Virus record (IMG/VR): IMGVR_UViG_3300028925_012913
Coordinates: 5,267 to 69,266 of that record
DNA: 64,000 bases
Origin: a virus
Direction: 5' to 3' (one strand)
Within the stretch, counting starts at the first letter, position 1, and every line of letters begins with the position of its first letter. Of the stretch, positions 17,465 to 27,719 are shown piece by piece. The notes under the pieces are model-generated. The model did no database searches. It saw only the letters and a program-made list of their open reading frames with translations, and was not told the DNA's origin. A program made the position numbers and the translations under genes.

Positions 17465-17943
17465 CTATCTTTTTGTCTAAAGAATTTGATTCTTACATTA
17501 ACCAATACGCAGATAGTAATCCTATTTGGATTGCAATTTTGTCTAATGGGGACACAATTTATCAAGACGATGGAAGACCTAATATAGAACCTAGCAGTGC
17601 TTGGATTAGACTTAGGCTTTATTGCAAACAAAACGATGTTCATATTGTAAATATGCAGGTCAGAAATCGGTCTCACGTAGAGGACATTGGTGCTGACTAT
17701 GACGGCTATTTTTTCTGCAAAGGTGCAGGAGCTTTGATATTTGGAGACATGACTATACACACGTTTAATATTGGGGTTTTAAATGAAGGGAAGCTCAAGG
17801 TGAGAACTTGGAGACTTCCAGAATTAATTCCAGAAAGATTTGAAGAAAGAGACCCTTACGAGTCTCCTGAATGTATAATTGCTAAAAAAGGAATACTAGA
17901 TGAACAAAGGTTACAAACACAAAACGACGGGACAGCCTTGTAA
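17461..17943 (+). CDS. Hypothetical protein
   Basis: 160-aa ORF, ATGA overlap. Confidence 0.65.
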   Translation: MTIFLSKEFDSYINQYADSNPIWIAILSNGDTIYQDDGRPNIEPSSAWIRLRLYCKQNDVHIVNMQVRNRSHVEDIGADYDGYFFCKGAGALIFGDMTIHTFNIGVLNEGKLKVRTWRLPELIPERFEERDPYESPECIIAKKGILDEQRLQTQNDGTAL

Positions 17944-18325
17944 CGCATCCCAATATATAGCTGAGATGGTTTGCCTCAGAGAAGCAGAAAAAGAAAACGT
18001 AGGAAAACCAGCCTATGCCTTATGGAACACTGACAAATGGAAAAAGAAATTTCAAAGTCAGGTAACAAAAGGATACCAACTTCTTAAAAAGTTTGAAGAA
18101 AAAGCAATAATAAATGCCCTCAATTCTTACAGGGGTAAGAGCATATATTCTCTTAGGGTTAAATTCTTGCCCGATTTGATTAAAAAAGAACAGGCTAAGT
18201 TAGATATAATCAATAGCCGAGAGATAAAAGAGATTGCCTACAAAGACACAACCCTTTCTACTAATAAAAAGCCCTTCGGAAAAAAGAGCGCTTTATCTAA
18301 ACTAAAGGACATAGACAATGAGTGA
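17900..18325 (+). CDS. Hypothetical basic protein
   Basis: 141-aa ORF directly upstream of recA. Confidence 0.65.
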   Translation: MNKGYKHKTTGQPCNASQYIAEMVCLREAEKENVGKPAYALWNTDKWKKKFQSQVTKGYQLLKKFEEKAIINALNSYRGKSIYSLRVKFLPDLIKKEQAKLDIINSREIKEIAYKDTTLSTNKKPFGKKSALSKLKDIDNE

Positions 18326-19385
18326 CGCTAACTTAAAAACAATTACAAAGAAATACGGTAACATTCTTGTTAATGGAGCTGAGGTATTTCAAGACTTAAA
18401 AAACATGCAAACTATTCCTGTAAGTCCTGCTTTAGATTATTCTCTTGGGGGAGGATTTAGAGAAGGAACTTGGATTCAAATGATTGGAGATCCCAAGAGT
18501 GGAAAGACCACACTAGCTTTACAGTTTGCTGCTACCTGTCAGAAAAAAGAATATGGAAGTCGTCCTATTTTTTATGTTAATGTAGAAGGTAGATTAAGCA
18601 CAAAAAACTTTGAAGGTGTTGAAGGATTACAGGCAGATAAAATAACTGTTGTTCAATCTGAAAATGAAACACTGAGTGCTGAACAGTATCTTGGAGCTGT
18701 GGAAAAGTTAGTAAAAGCTTATCCTAACTGTGTAGTTATTATTGATTCAATATCTAGCTTAATAGCACAACGAGACTTAGACGAAGAAGTACGCGGGGAT
18801 TATAGACCCGGAGTTCCAAGAATTCTATCTAACTTCTGCAAGAAGATGAGTAGTGTTGTTCCTAAACAAAAAGCTATTATCATCATGATTACACACTTCA
18901 TTGCTAACACTGGAGGAATGGGGAAAAAGAAGGTTGCTGACGGAGGTGTTAAAGTCCGTTATCAAGCAGATACTATTCTTGAGATAGCTTGGATTCAACC
19001 GTGGAAAGAAAAGAATGATGGCCGTCAAATTGGACAGGTTCTTCATTGGAAGATCGTTACTTCAGCACTAGGTGGATTCACTGGTGGAGAAGCTACTGGT
19101 TGGCTTCGTTACGGAACGGGTATTGATTTTAAACAAGAAATGTTTGACCAAGCAAATGATTTCGATTTAATTTCTGCTGCTGGAGCTTGGTATACTTGCG
19201 ACTTCCTTGTGGATGAACCACAATTGATAAAAAAGATTCTCGAAGAAGCAAAAATAGATATAGAAGATGAAGAGAAAATTACTAAATTTGTTAAATTTCA
19301 AGGGCAGCAAAAGCTCAGAGATTTCTTAACTAACAACGACCTCTGGCCAACTTTGCAGAATTCATTAAAGGAAATGTTATCTTGA
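18318..19385 (+). CDS. recA: RecA/UvsX-like recombinase
   Basis: SPALDYSLGGG, GDPKSGKTT Walker A, IIDSISSL Walker B, AGAWY. Confidence 0.9.
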   Translation: MSDANLKTITKKYGNILVNGAEVFQDLKNMQTIPVSPALDYSLGGGFREGTWIQMIGDPKSGKTTLALQFAATCQKKEYGSRPIFYVNVEGRLSTKNFEGVEGLQADKITVVQSENETLSAEQYLGAVEKLVKAYPNCVVIIDSISSLIAQRDLDEEVRGDYRPGVPRILSNFCKKMSSVVPKQKAIIIMITHFIANTGGMGKKKVADGGVKVRYQADTILEIAWIQPWKEKNDGRQIGQVLHWKIVTSALGGFTGGEATGWLRYGTGIDFKQEMFDQANDFDLISAAGAWYTCDFLVDEPQLIKKILEEAKIDIEDEEKITKFVKFQGQQKLRDFLTNNDLWPTLQNSLKEMLS

Positions 19386-19804
19386 AAGCTATTGGTTTTG
19401 ATGGCCGAGAACGATTATGGAGCTTGTCAAAATGTATAGTTTCCGGCGACCAAAAAAGACCTCGAAGTAAATTGCATATTCTTTCAAGAAAGATCTTGCA
19501 TGAACAATTTCCGTATGATACAATTTTCGAAGAAGCCCCGTTACCGGGCTCAAATAAGCCATCAAGAAAATCTACGCTGTTTGTTGACTTCTTGATACCG
19601 TCTCATTCGTTAGCGGTAGAAGTACACGGGCGGCAGCATTTCGAATTTGTCGCCCATTTTCATGGAAACCAACAAGGCTTCAGAAAATCAAAAGCAAGAG
19701 ACCGAGACAAAGTTAGATGGCTTGAAAACAATTCAATAACACTAATAACATTAAGCTATGCAGGGACAGAGGATGACTGGCGACAAACTATTATCAATAG
19801 ATAA
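19382..19804 (+). CDS. PD-(D/E)XK / Vsr-DUF559-like nuclease
   Basis: FVDFLIP..LAVEVHGRQH..RDRDK. Confidence 0.7.
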   Translation: MKAIGFDGRERLWSLSKCIVSGDQKRPRSKLHILSRKILHEQFPYDTIFEEAPLPGSNKPSRKSTLFVDFLIPSHSLAVEVHGRQHFEFVAHFHGNQQGFRKSKARDRDKVRWLENNSITLITLSYAGTEDDWRQTIINR

Positions 19805-20258
19805 ACTAGATCAATTCATGTCTAACTTAGACAGTTATATGTCTGATGTAATTAAGGTAGAACCAAGCACCGAGGTTGAAAAAATATTAAACCTAACTAG
19901 TCTTGATCTTAAGTCATTAACTTCAGAAGAATGTTGCGAAAAGGCTTATATTCTTTATAGCTATTGTGGATTCTTGCAAAAACGACACAATGCAGAAGTC
20001 GCTCGTTTAAAATGGTGTGAAGGGTTTATTAATCACACTGTTGCGGGTAGGTCGGATAACTTTGATAAGTTTACTAAATGGGAAGTTAAAGTTAACCATG
20101 TAATAAAAGAAGATGATTTTGTTCAGAAGGTTTGGAGAGTTAAACGAGTAGTTGAAGGCAAGGTTATTATGTCTTCTGACACAATTCGAGATTCAAGAAA
20201 GCAAGCCGACACGTTAATAGAACTTAGTAAGAAAAAACATTATAGGGGTCAATCATGA
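19758..20258 (+). CDS. Helical hypothetical protein (possible recombination mediator)
   Basis: 166-aa helical ORF between recA and dnaB; function inferred from position only. Confidence 0.55.
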   Translation: MQGQRMTGDKLLSIDKLDQFMSNLDSYMSDVIKVEPSTEVEKILNLTSLDLKSLTSEECCEKAYILYSYCGFLQKRHNAEVARLKWCEGFINHTVAGRSDNFDKFTKWEVKVNHVIKEDDFVQKVWRVKRVVEGKVIMSSDTIRDSRKQADTLIELSKKKHYRGQS

Positions 20259-20707
20259 GCGTTTCGCCATTACAACTTATAAAAGATGGAATCATTAAAG
20301 ACGACATGGAAAAAGTCATTAAAGGTTATAGGCTTCTCACGGGAGAAACTATCAAACAGCAAACGGGGTCAGTCGTTTCAGAAATAAAAGAAGAAGAAGA
20401 AGAAGAAGAAGAAGAACTAGAAACACAAACATCGAGTAAGGGGTTAGACTTTTCTACAGGCCCTAGAGAACAAGACAAAACTAAATTTGGCAGAAGAGAG
20501 TCAATAAAAGTTGGTGAAAACACCTTTGTTGATGACCGAACGGAATCTACTGAAGAAGAATTAAAAACTCCTGATGTAGGTAGAACACCACGTAGAAAAG
20601 GGATTTCTCTTATTGAAGTAAAATGTCATGTTTGTGGCAATTTAGAAGAAATCAACCCTATCTACAAAACCGGAAGTTTTCACCGATGTGATAAGTGTGT
20701 TGGTTAA
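20255..20707 (+). CDS. Hypothetical protein with poly-Glu tract and C-terminal zinc ribbon
   Basis: E9 run; CHVC...CDKC. Confidence 0.65.
   Translation: MSVSPLQLIKDGIIKDDMEKVIKGYRLLTGETIKQQTGSVVSEIKEEEEEEEEELETQTSSKGLDFSTGPREQDKTKFGRRESIKVGENTFVDDRTESTEEELKTPDVGRTPRRKGISLIEVKCHVCGNLEEINPIYKTGSFHRCDKCVG
20390..20416 (+). repeat. (GAA)9 trinucleotide repeat encoding poly-Glu
   Basis: Directly visible. Confidence 0.9.
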
Positions 20708-22200
20708 TGACTAAAGAAATTAATGACATCACGGCTGAAAGAGCTGTCCTAGCAGGATTAGTACGACATGGTTCCGAAGCGTTTATTGACGTTGACGATC
20801 TGGTGAGCGTTGATTCATTCACTGACGATAAGCACCAAATATTGTTTGCCTGTCTCAAGAAAGTGTTTGAAGAATCCACAACTGTTGATCTTCCTTCTTT
20901 GTTTAGTGCCGCTAAGTCGATAGGACTAGATGGCGTGTTTGTTGATAAGGTTCCTAGCGATTACATAAAGAAATTATCTGGAATATACATAGCTCCCGAA
21001 AATGTAAGAGGTCAGGCTAAAAAATTAGTCAAGTTTACAATTGGTAGAGAGCTTGACAGAAGAGCTTTAAAAGTTCGGTCTGATATTAGAGACATGACAG
21101 GAGACGAAACTGTCAGTCAAATAATAAACATTGGAGAGGCTCCTTTTCTAGAGCTATCTTCTGACTTAAATAATCAGGTAGAAAACAAACCTGTTGATAT
21201 GAGTGAGGATATTGAAGAGTACATAAACCATCTGATAAATAATCCATCTGAAGCGATGGGTATAAGTAGTGGCTTTCCTAGATTTGATAAATCTATAGGT
21301 GGTGGCTTTAGAAGAAAATCAGTAGATCTAATAGCAGCCAGACCAAAAACCGGAAAGAGTATGTTCGCTGATGCAGTAGCATTACATGTAGCTGGAAAGC
21401 TTGGTATCCCAGTTTTGATGTTAGATACTGAGATGTCAAAAGAAGACCATGTAAACAGAATACTAGCAAACCTTAGTGACATAGAAATCAACGATATAGC
21501 TACTGGGTCTTTCTCAAAAACAAAAGGCAAAGAAGAAAGAGTTAGACAGGCGGCAGAACGCATAAAAGAAATGCCTTGTGACTACGTGACCATTGCTGGA
21601 AAATCGTTTGAAGAGACCGTCTCTATCATGCGTAGATGGGTTATTAAAAAGGTTGGATGCGATGAAAACGGAAGAACTAAACCTTGTTTAATAATTTATG
21701 ATTACTTAAAACTAATGCACTCAGAACAGATGTCTGGTGGAATGCAAGAATTCCAAGTGTTAGGATTTCAAATGACAACGCTTGTTAATTTTATGATTCA
21801 GTATGACGCTCCTTGTTTGAGTTTTGTTCAATTAAACCGAGACGGCGTAACAAGAGAGTCTAGTGATGTTATTAGTGGTTCTGACCGTTTAGTATGGCTT
21901 TGCGCTAGTTTAACAATCTTTAAACGAAAATCAGACGAAGAGATAGCAGAAGATGGTGGAGTGAGTGGAAATAGAAAGTTAGTACCAATCGCCGCTAGAC
22001 ATGGTGGGGGATTAGCTGACGAATATGATTATATTAACATGAACATGATGGGTGAATACGGAAGAATAGACGAAGGCTTTACTAAGTCTGAATATATACT
22101 AGAGCAGAAGAGACAAAAAGAAGGATTCGATAACGAAGTAAGTAATGAAGAAGAAGATTTTATTGTTGAAGAAGAAGTAGATGCGGAGAAACCTTTTTGA
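20707..22200 (+). CDS. dnaB: Replicative DnaB-like helicase
   Basis: AERAVLAGL, GISSGF, AARPKTGKS, DTEMS, IYDYLKL, VQLNR. Confidence 0.93.
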   Translation: MTKEINDITAERAVLAGLVRHGSEAFIDVDDLVSVDSFTDDKHQILFACLKKVFEESTTVDLPSLFSAAKSIGLDGVFVDKVPSDYIKKLSGIYIAPENVRGQAKKLVKFTIGRELDRRALKVRSDIRDMTGDETVSQIINIGEAPFLELSSDLNNQVENKPVDMSEDIEEYINHLINNPSEAMGISSGFPRFDKSIGGGFRRKSVDLIAARPKTGKSMFADAVALHVAGKLGIPVLMLDTEMSKEDHVNRILANLSDIEINDIATGSFSKTKGKEERVRQAAERIKEMPCDYVTIAGKSFEETVSIMRRWVIKKVGCDENGRTKPCLIIYDYLKLMHSEQMSGGMQEFQVLGFQMTTLVNFMIQYDAPCLSFVQLNRDGVTRESSDVISGSDRLVWLCASLTIFKRKSDEEIAEDGGVSGNRKLVPIAARHGGGLADEYDYINMNMMGEYGRIDEGFTKSEYILEQKRQKEGFDNEVSNEEEDFIVEEEVDAEKPF

Positions 22201-23264
22201 AACAATTATCAAACAAAGAGCTAAAAGCGCTATCTGACAAAATAGCGTCAAACATACAAAGAGTTCTCGGTCATTTTGGAATACCAATCCAAGATTTTGG
22301 TGAATACATATCTTGTGCATGTCCTATTCACGATGGAGACAATCCTAACGCTTTTACAATGACGATTGATTCAGAACATTCATACTTTGGAATATGGAAA
22401 TGTTGGACTCAAGGATGTGAAGAAGATAATATCAACACTCCCATTGGTCTTATCAGAGCTTTACTCAGCAAGTTCCAAGATAAAGAAATAACATTCAACG
22501 AGGCTGTTGACTTCTCAATGAAATTAGTTGAAACTAATTTTGAAGATCTCGTAAAAAGTTCTAACAATATGGACTTTAATAAAAAATCGCTTTGTGGAAT
22601 TGAAAACAACTTCAAGAAAAGAGAGCAGAACAAAAAGTCTGGCGTTAATAGAAGCGTTGCAAGAAAAGCGTTATCTCGTCCCGCAAAATATTATCTTGAT
22701 AGAGGATACTCAGAATCTGTATTAGACGAATTTGATGTTGGGGTTTGTTCAGATTCTAGAAAACAAATGAGAGACAGGGTTGTCGCTCCTGTGTACGACG
22801 ACGACTTTGAATGTATGGTAGGATGTGTTGGAAGAATAATGCACGAAAACTATAATGGTCGCAAGTGGGTAAATTCTAAAAAGTTTTATGCTGGAGCTTG
22901 GCTTTATGGATATTGGCTCTCAAGAGATTATATTAAGAGTTCGAGGATGGCGGTATTGGTTGAAGGACAGGGAGATGTCTGGAGACTTTGGGAAGCGGGA
23001 ATTAAGAATGTAGTCGGTATGTTTGGTTCTGGACTGACAGATACGCAAATAAGAATACTTGAAACGTCAGGAGCCACCACTTTAGTATTATTGCCAGATA
23101 ATGATGAGGCTGGAGCAAAGGCTAATCGTAAAATATATAAGAAGTGTAGCAGCTTATTTGATATAGTAACCATAGACATTGATTTAAAAGATGTCGGTGA
23201 AATGACTATAGAACAAATAAATAAACAAATAAAACCAATCATAGAGGATATTGATAATGACTAA
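22197..23264 (+). CDS. dnaG: DnaG-type primase (CHC2 zinc finger plus TOPRIM)
   Basis: CPIHDGDN..WKCWTQGC, LVEGQGDV, PDNDEAG, KDVGE. Confidence 0.9.
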   Translation: MKQLSNKELKALSDKIASNIQRVLGHFGIPIQDFGEYISCACPIHDGDNPNAFTMTIDSEHSYFGIWKCWTQGCEEDNINTPIGLIRALLSKFQDKEITFNEAVDFSMKLVETNFEDLVKSSNNMDFNKKSLCGIENNFKKREQNKKSGVNRSVARKALSRPAKYYLDRGYSESVLDEFDVGVCSDSRKQMRDRVVAPVYDDDFECMVGCVGRIMHENYNGRKWVNSKKFYAGAWLYGYWLSRDYIKSSRMAVLVEGQGDVWRLWEAGIKNVVGMFGSGLTDTQIRILETSGATTLVLLPDNDEAGAKANRKIYKKCSSLFDIVTIDIDLKDVGEMTIEQINKQIKPIIEDIDND

Positions 23265-24027
23265 GGTAATAGGATTTTCTGGAGCCAAGCAAAGCGGAAA
23301 GACCACTTGCAGTAAATTCCTTCATGGGTATCAAATGAGACTTAATGATGTCGTTGAGAAATTTCTCATGAATGAAAATGGAGACCTATTAGTCAATGCT
23401 ATTCAGTTAGACGAAAAGGGTAATGAAGTAGAAGGTCTGGGAATACTAGATGTCGAACGTAAAGATAATGAATTCATGTCATATGCAGATGTTTCAATAT
23501 GGCCATACGTTAAACCTTTTAGTTTTGCAGACCCACTAAAGATTATTTCTATGCAGTTATTTGGCCTAACAGAACCCCAATGTTATGGCACTGATGAACA
23601 AAAAAACACAGCAACTAGTATCAACTGGGAAGACCTACCATCTTCTTCTTCTAATAAAGGAGCAATGACAGCTAGAGAATTTCTCCAATACTTTGGAACT
23701 GATGTATGTAGAAAAATGAAATCTACTATATGGGTTGATAGTTGTGTAAATAGAATATACGCCAGTGGTACAGATTTGGCTATTGTTCCAGATGTCCGTT
23801 TTCCTAATGAGGTTGAATCTATTCAAAAGGCTGGCGGAAAAGTAATTAGACTGACAAGAAAACCTCATGAAGATAGTCATCCTAGTGAAACTGCCTTAGA
23901 CGGAGAAGAATCTAACAGCACTTTCGATTACATTCTAGACAATGACAAACTGAGTATAAACGAAACTAACATTAAACTCATGGAAGTATTAAGAAAATGG
24001 GGATGGATAACAACAAAAAGCTCATAA
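23257..24027 (+). CDS. Deoxynucleoside monophosphate kinase (T4 gp1-like)
   Basis: GFSGAKQSGKTT, SFADPLK, REFLQYFGTD, PDVRFPNE, HPSE. Confidence 0.85.
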   Translation: MTKVIGFSGAKQSGKTTCSKFLHGYQMRLNDVVEKFLMNENGDLLVNAIQLDEKGNEVEGLGILDVERKDNEFMSYADVSIWPYVKPFSFADPLKIISMQLFGLTEPQCYGTDEQKNTATSINWEDLPSSSSNKGAMTAREFLQYFGTDVCRKMKSTIWVDSCVNRIYASGTDLAIVPDVRFPNEVESIQKAGGKVIRLTRKPHEDSHPSETALDGEESNSTFDYILDNDKLSINETNIKLMEVLRKWGWITTKSS

Positions 24028-24578
24028 GTATACCTTGGGATGATAGAATGGTAACACGAGCCCAGAAAAAAGCAAAGCAACTGGGTGGAATTAGAAATTC
24101 TATTCTTAAAGGTGGTGGCAATGCCGCCGGTTACTTAGGAGAAGAAGCTGTAGCGAGCTATATCGAAGCTCAAATAATTAGCTGCGATAAAGGCAGTAAC
24201 AAATACGACTACGACATCTGGGCAAGAGATGATCGTAAGATCGAAGTTAAAACAAAAAGACGAACAGTTAGACCTTTGGATTATTATGATGTGTCTGTTG
24301 CTAAAACAAGCACTCATCAGAGACCAGAGTTATATATTTTTGTAAGTATTGAATTTGAGAATATGACGATGAAAGAGGGCCGTAGGCTTTATCGTGGTAT
24401 TAAAAGTATTTGGATAGTCGGGCAGGCAGAGCCCGAAGATTACTTTGCGAGAGCAAAGATTTGGAAGACTGGCGAAATTGATAAACGGAATGGTTTTAAA
24501 ACTCATGTAGATATGTATAACTTGCCCATATCGGAAATAGAGCCTTTAGATGATAGTTTGTTACCACCGAAGCAGTAG
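23997..24578 (+). CDS. Putative PD-(D/E)XK endonuclease
   Basis: GYLGEEAV...YDYD...IEVKTK. Confidence 0.6.
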   Translation: MGMDNNKKLISIPWDDRMVTRAQKKAKQLGGIRNSILKGGGNAAGYLGEEAVASYIEAQIISCDKGSNKYDYDIWARDDRKIEVKTKRRTVRPLDYYDVSVAKTSTHQRPELYIFVSIEFENMTMKEGRRLYRGIKSIWIVGQAEPEDYFARAKIWKTGEIDKRNGFKTHVDMYNLPISEIEPLDDSLLPPKQ

Positions 24579-25575
24579 TTTAGGAACGTTAGAGTTTTGT
24601 CAGCAAAAGTATTTTTTGCAGTACAATCTATCTTTCAGAGACAAGACTAACAAGAAAGCCTTAATGGGGACAATAACCCATAAGGTAATGCAGACTCTTG
24701 GAGACAAGAAGGTTGCTATTCTTAATGGGCTTGATGTAGTAGAAGACGAAGAGACAGGAAGAACTCTTACTTTAGAAGAATGCGATGATCTTGAATTGCT
24801 CAATGATATCGCTTTTGAATATTACAGCTCTGCTTTTCCAGAAGTTAATATAACCCAAGCAGACAAAAGAAAATGTTTATCATGGGCCGAAAAAGCAGTA
24901 GCTTATGAAGGTGGAGTGTTAGACCCTAGAAACCAAGACGTGGTTGCTACGGAATTGTTTTTCGACTTCGAAATTAAGAAGCCGTGGGCTAAGTATTCAT
25001 ACGAACTTGGTGGGAAAACTATTGAAGGGTATTTATCAATCAAAGGAACGGTTGACTTAATACTTAAACAAAACGAAGAGTATTATGAGATACTAGATTA
25101 CAAAACAGGGAAGAGGCTAGACTGGGCAACTGGCGAAGAAAAAACATACAGTAAACTGCAAAACGACACTCAGCTATTATTGTATTACTATGCCCTTAAA
25201 AATATGTATCCTGATCGTGAATTCTCAGTAAGCATATATTACATTAACGCTGGTGGTTTGTTTTCTTTTGTATTTGACGAAGACGATTACAAAAAAGCGG
25301 AAGACATACTACGCAAGAAATTTGAACAAATCAGAGATATTCAAAACCCCAGACTTCTTTCTAATGAACATAAACATTGGAAGTGTCAAAGGCTTTGCAA
25401 GTTTAGCGAAGAGTATGAAAACTCTGGAAAAAGCGTTTGCCAACACATACGAGATGAACTCGTAGAAAAAGGCGTAAACGCAGTTGTTGAAGAGTATGGA
25501 GTTATTGATAAAATTACTACCTACGGAGACGGTGGCGGTAGATTAGTTGACGACGATAAGAAAGATAAAAAATGA
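24550..25575 (+). CDS. Cas4/RecB-like exonuclease with probable Fe-S Cys set
   Basis: N-terminal FCQQKY, GTITH, KGTVDL, ILDYKTG, QLLLY, C-terminal CQRLC..VC. Confidence 0.8.
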   Translation: MIVCYHRSSSLGTLEFCQQKYFLQYNLSFRDKTNKKALMGTITHKVMQTLGDKKVAILNGLDVVEDEETGRTLTLEECDDLELLNDIAFEYYSSAFPEVNITQADKRKCLSWAEKAVAYEGGVLDPRNQDVVATELFFDFEIKKPWAKYSYELGGKTIEGYLSIKGTVDLILKQNEEYYEILDYKTGKRLDWATGEEKTYSKLQNDTQLLLYYYALKNMYPDREFSVSIYYINAGGLFSFVFDEDDYKKAEDILRKKFEQIRDIQNPRLLSNEHKHWKCQRLCKFSEEYENSGKSVCQHIRDELVEKGVNAVVEEYGVIDKITTYGDGGGRLVDDDKKDKK

Positions 25576-27488
25576 CAAATTGGACTCCCATTCACCTTCA
25601 TAGCCACTATTCTTTGCTTGATGGCCTTAGCAGGCCCGCACAGATAGCCTCACGCTGTTCTAACCTTGGTTATGAGTCTTGTGCCTTAACTGACCACGGG
25701 ACTATATCAGGGGCTGTAGCGTTTACACAGGCTATGAAACAAAAAAATATTAAGCCAATATTAGGGTGCGAGTTCTACCTAAGCAAGCAAGATACAACTA
25801 TTCACAACGAAGAAAATAGGAAGCTTAGTCATCTATGTGTTCTGTCTAAAAACAAGAAGGGATGGGACAATCTAATACAAGCGGTATCTAAGAGTAATGA
25901 TGAAGAGAATTATTACTACAAGCCTAGATTAGATTTAAAAACATTAGGCGAATTTGCTAATGGAGATCTAATTGCTTTTAGTGGTCATCTAGGAAGTGAT
26001 CTAGCAAATGTAATATTTTCTGATGCTAGGTCTGCTTATAATTCTAGAACAGAAGAAGAAGCTAAAAGATTCACCCATCCTGATTGGGTAGACAATGTTG
26101 TCGCAATGGCCAATCAGTATATAGACATTTTTGGTAAAGAAAACTTCTTTGTTGAAATACAAGCGATTGACCAAGAGAATTCTCCAGCAGCTAGTCTAGT
26201 AGCTCAGGGTTTAAGGTATGTAGCAAAAAGACACGGATATCGTACCGTAGCAACTGCTGACTCACATTACCCAGAGAAGAAAGACGCAGAAGACCAACTT
26301 CTCTTATTGTGTTCTTCAATGAGAACAACCTTACGGGATGTAAGAAAAAAATTAAAGGAAACAGGAGATGCTTCTTTTTCTGGTTTTATCAGGTCTAATA
26401 ATTTCCACATTCCTTCTTTAGAAGAAATACAAGCTGTTAACACTCCACAAGAAATAGAAATGTCAATGCAGATAGCTTCTATGTGCGAAGACTATGATAT
26501 TCTTGGTAGACCAATGCTTCCTAAATTCAAATGCCCGAAAGAAAAATCAGAAGACACCTATCTTCGCGAGTTATGTAGACAGGGTTGGAAAAGCAGGTTA
26601 GAGCCAACAGGTAAGATTAATGGCGTAGAAATTAAACAAATATACACAGACCAGATTAAAAAAGAACTTGATGTAATCAGCGAGGCAAATTTAGCTGGGT
26701 ATTTCTTAATTGTTAGAGATATAGTTGATAGTGTCGTAAAGAAGAACCATATTCCCGGGCCGGGTAGAGGAAGTGCGGCAGGTTGTTTGATATCTTATTT
26801 AGTAGGCATTACACAAGTAGACCCTATAGAGTACGGATTACTATTTGAACGATTCTATAATGCTGGTCGTAATACTGCTAACAGAGTTTCGCTTCCTGAT
26901 ATCGATATTGATGTACCCGCAAATAAACGAGACGAAACAATAGATTACATTCGAGGAAAATACGGATCAAAACGTGTTGGACAAATGGTTACGTTCGGAA
27001 GACTTCAAGGAAGAAGTGCTTTAAAAGAAGTTCTAAGAATGAATGACGCTTGTGGTTTTGAAGAAATGAATTCTATCACCAAAAGCCTACCTCACGAACA
27101 TGAAGTATCTGACCAATTGTCTGAAATGGATAATCCGTCTGTTATCAATTGGACATTAATGAATCAACCGGATGCCCTTAGAGACTATTGTAGATTAAAT
27201 GATGATGGCTCTCTTGAAGGCGATCACGCTAAGTTCTTCGAACAGGCGATGAGAATCGAAGGGACATTTAAATCACAAGGAAAACACGCCGCTGGTGTTG
27301 TTATATCTTCTCACGACCTTAACGACGTATGCCCTATGGTTAGGGACAAAAGAGGTTCTGAAAAGATAGCCGGAATGGAAATGAACGACCTAGAAGCAAT
27401 GGGTCATGTTAAGTTTGATATTTTAGGAATTTCTTTAATGGATAAAATGATGAGTATTAGAGACCAACTGAAGGAAAGACATGTCTGA
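25572..27488 (+). CDS. dnaE: DNA polymerase III alpha, N-terminal subunit (PHP plus palm/thumb)
   Basis: HLHSHYSLLDG, TDHG, GPGRGSAAG, LFERF, PDIDID, HAAGVVIS, KFDILG; stops about 20 aa later. Confidence 0.93.
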   Translation: MTNWTPIHLHSHYSLLDGLSRPAQIASRCSNLGYESCALTDHGTISGAVAFTQAMKQKNIKPILGCEFYLSKQDTTIHNEENRKLSHLCVLSKNKKGWDNLIQAVSKSNDEENYYYKPRLDLKTLGEFANGDLIAFSGHLGSDLANVIFSDARSAYNSRTEEEAKRFTHPDWVDNVVAMANQYIDIFGKENFFVEIQAIDQENSPAASLVAQGLRYVAKRHGYRTVATADSHYPEKKDAEDQLLLLCSSMRTTLRDVRKKLKETGDASFSGFIRSNNFHIPSLEEIQAVNTPQEIEMSMQIASMCEDYDILGRPMLPKFKCPKEKSEDTYLRELCRQGWKSRLEPTGKINGVEIKQIYTDQIKKELDVISEANLAGYFLIVRDIVDSVVKKNHIPGPGRGSAAGCLISYLVGITQVDPIEYGLLFERFYNAGRNTANRVSLPDIDIDVPANKRDETIDYIRGKYGSKRVGQMVTFGRLQGRSALKEVLRMNDACGFEEMNSITKSLPHEHEVSDQLSEMDNPSVINWTLMNQPDALRDYCRLNDDGSLEGDHAKFFEQAMRIEGTFKSQGKHAAGVVISSHDLNDVCPMVRDKRGSEKIAGMEMNDLEAMGHVKFDILGISLMDKMMSIRDQLKERHV

Positions 27489-27708
27489 TAAAATTAAAAT
27501 GAGTTATAAGCAATCGATAAGATGTAAAATAACGTCTGGAAGATATGTAGAGTATAAAAGCCTTTCCATATGTTGCATAAATGACTTTTACTCACCAATG
27601 AATAAGAAAGTAAAATACCAAGTTCATTCAAAGTTCTTTAGCGAGCTTTATGATGATATTGAAGAAGCATTAGGTAAATTTTTTGAAATTAGAAGAAAAA
27701 TTAGATAA
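27481..27708 (+). CDS. Hypothetical protein between the dnaE halves
   Basis: 75-aa ORF overlapping dnaE-N stop. Confidence 0.55.
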   Translation: MSDKIKMSYKQSIRCKITSGRYVEYKSLSICCINDFYSPMNKKVKYQVHSKFFSELYDDIEEALGKFFEIRRKIR

Positions 27709-27719
27709 AGGGTGTAGCT

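Noticed and set aside
20390-20416. (GAA)9 and (CTCAGA)4 repeats as phase-variation switches
   Set aside because: Unit lengths are multiples of three, so slippage only alters low-complexity linkers
24550-25575. Cas4-like nuclease as part of a CRISPR-Cas system
   Set aside because: No repeat-spacer array or other cas genes seen; stand-alone Cas4-like exonucleases are common in phage replication modules
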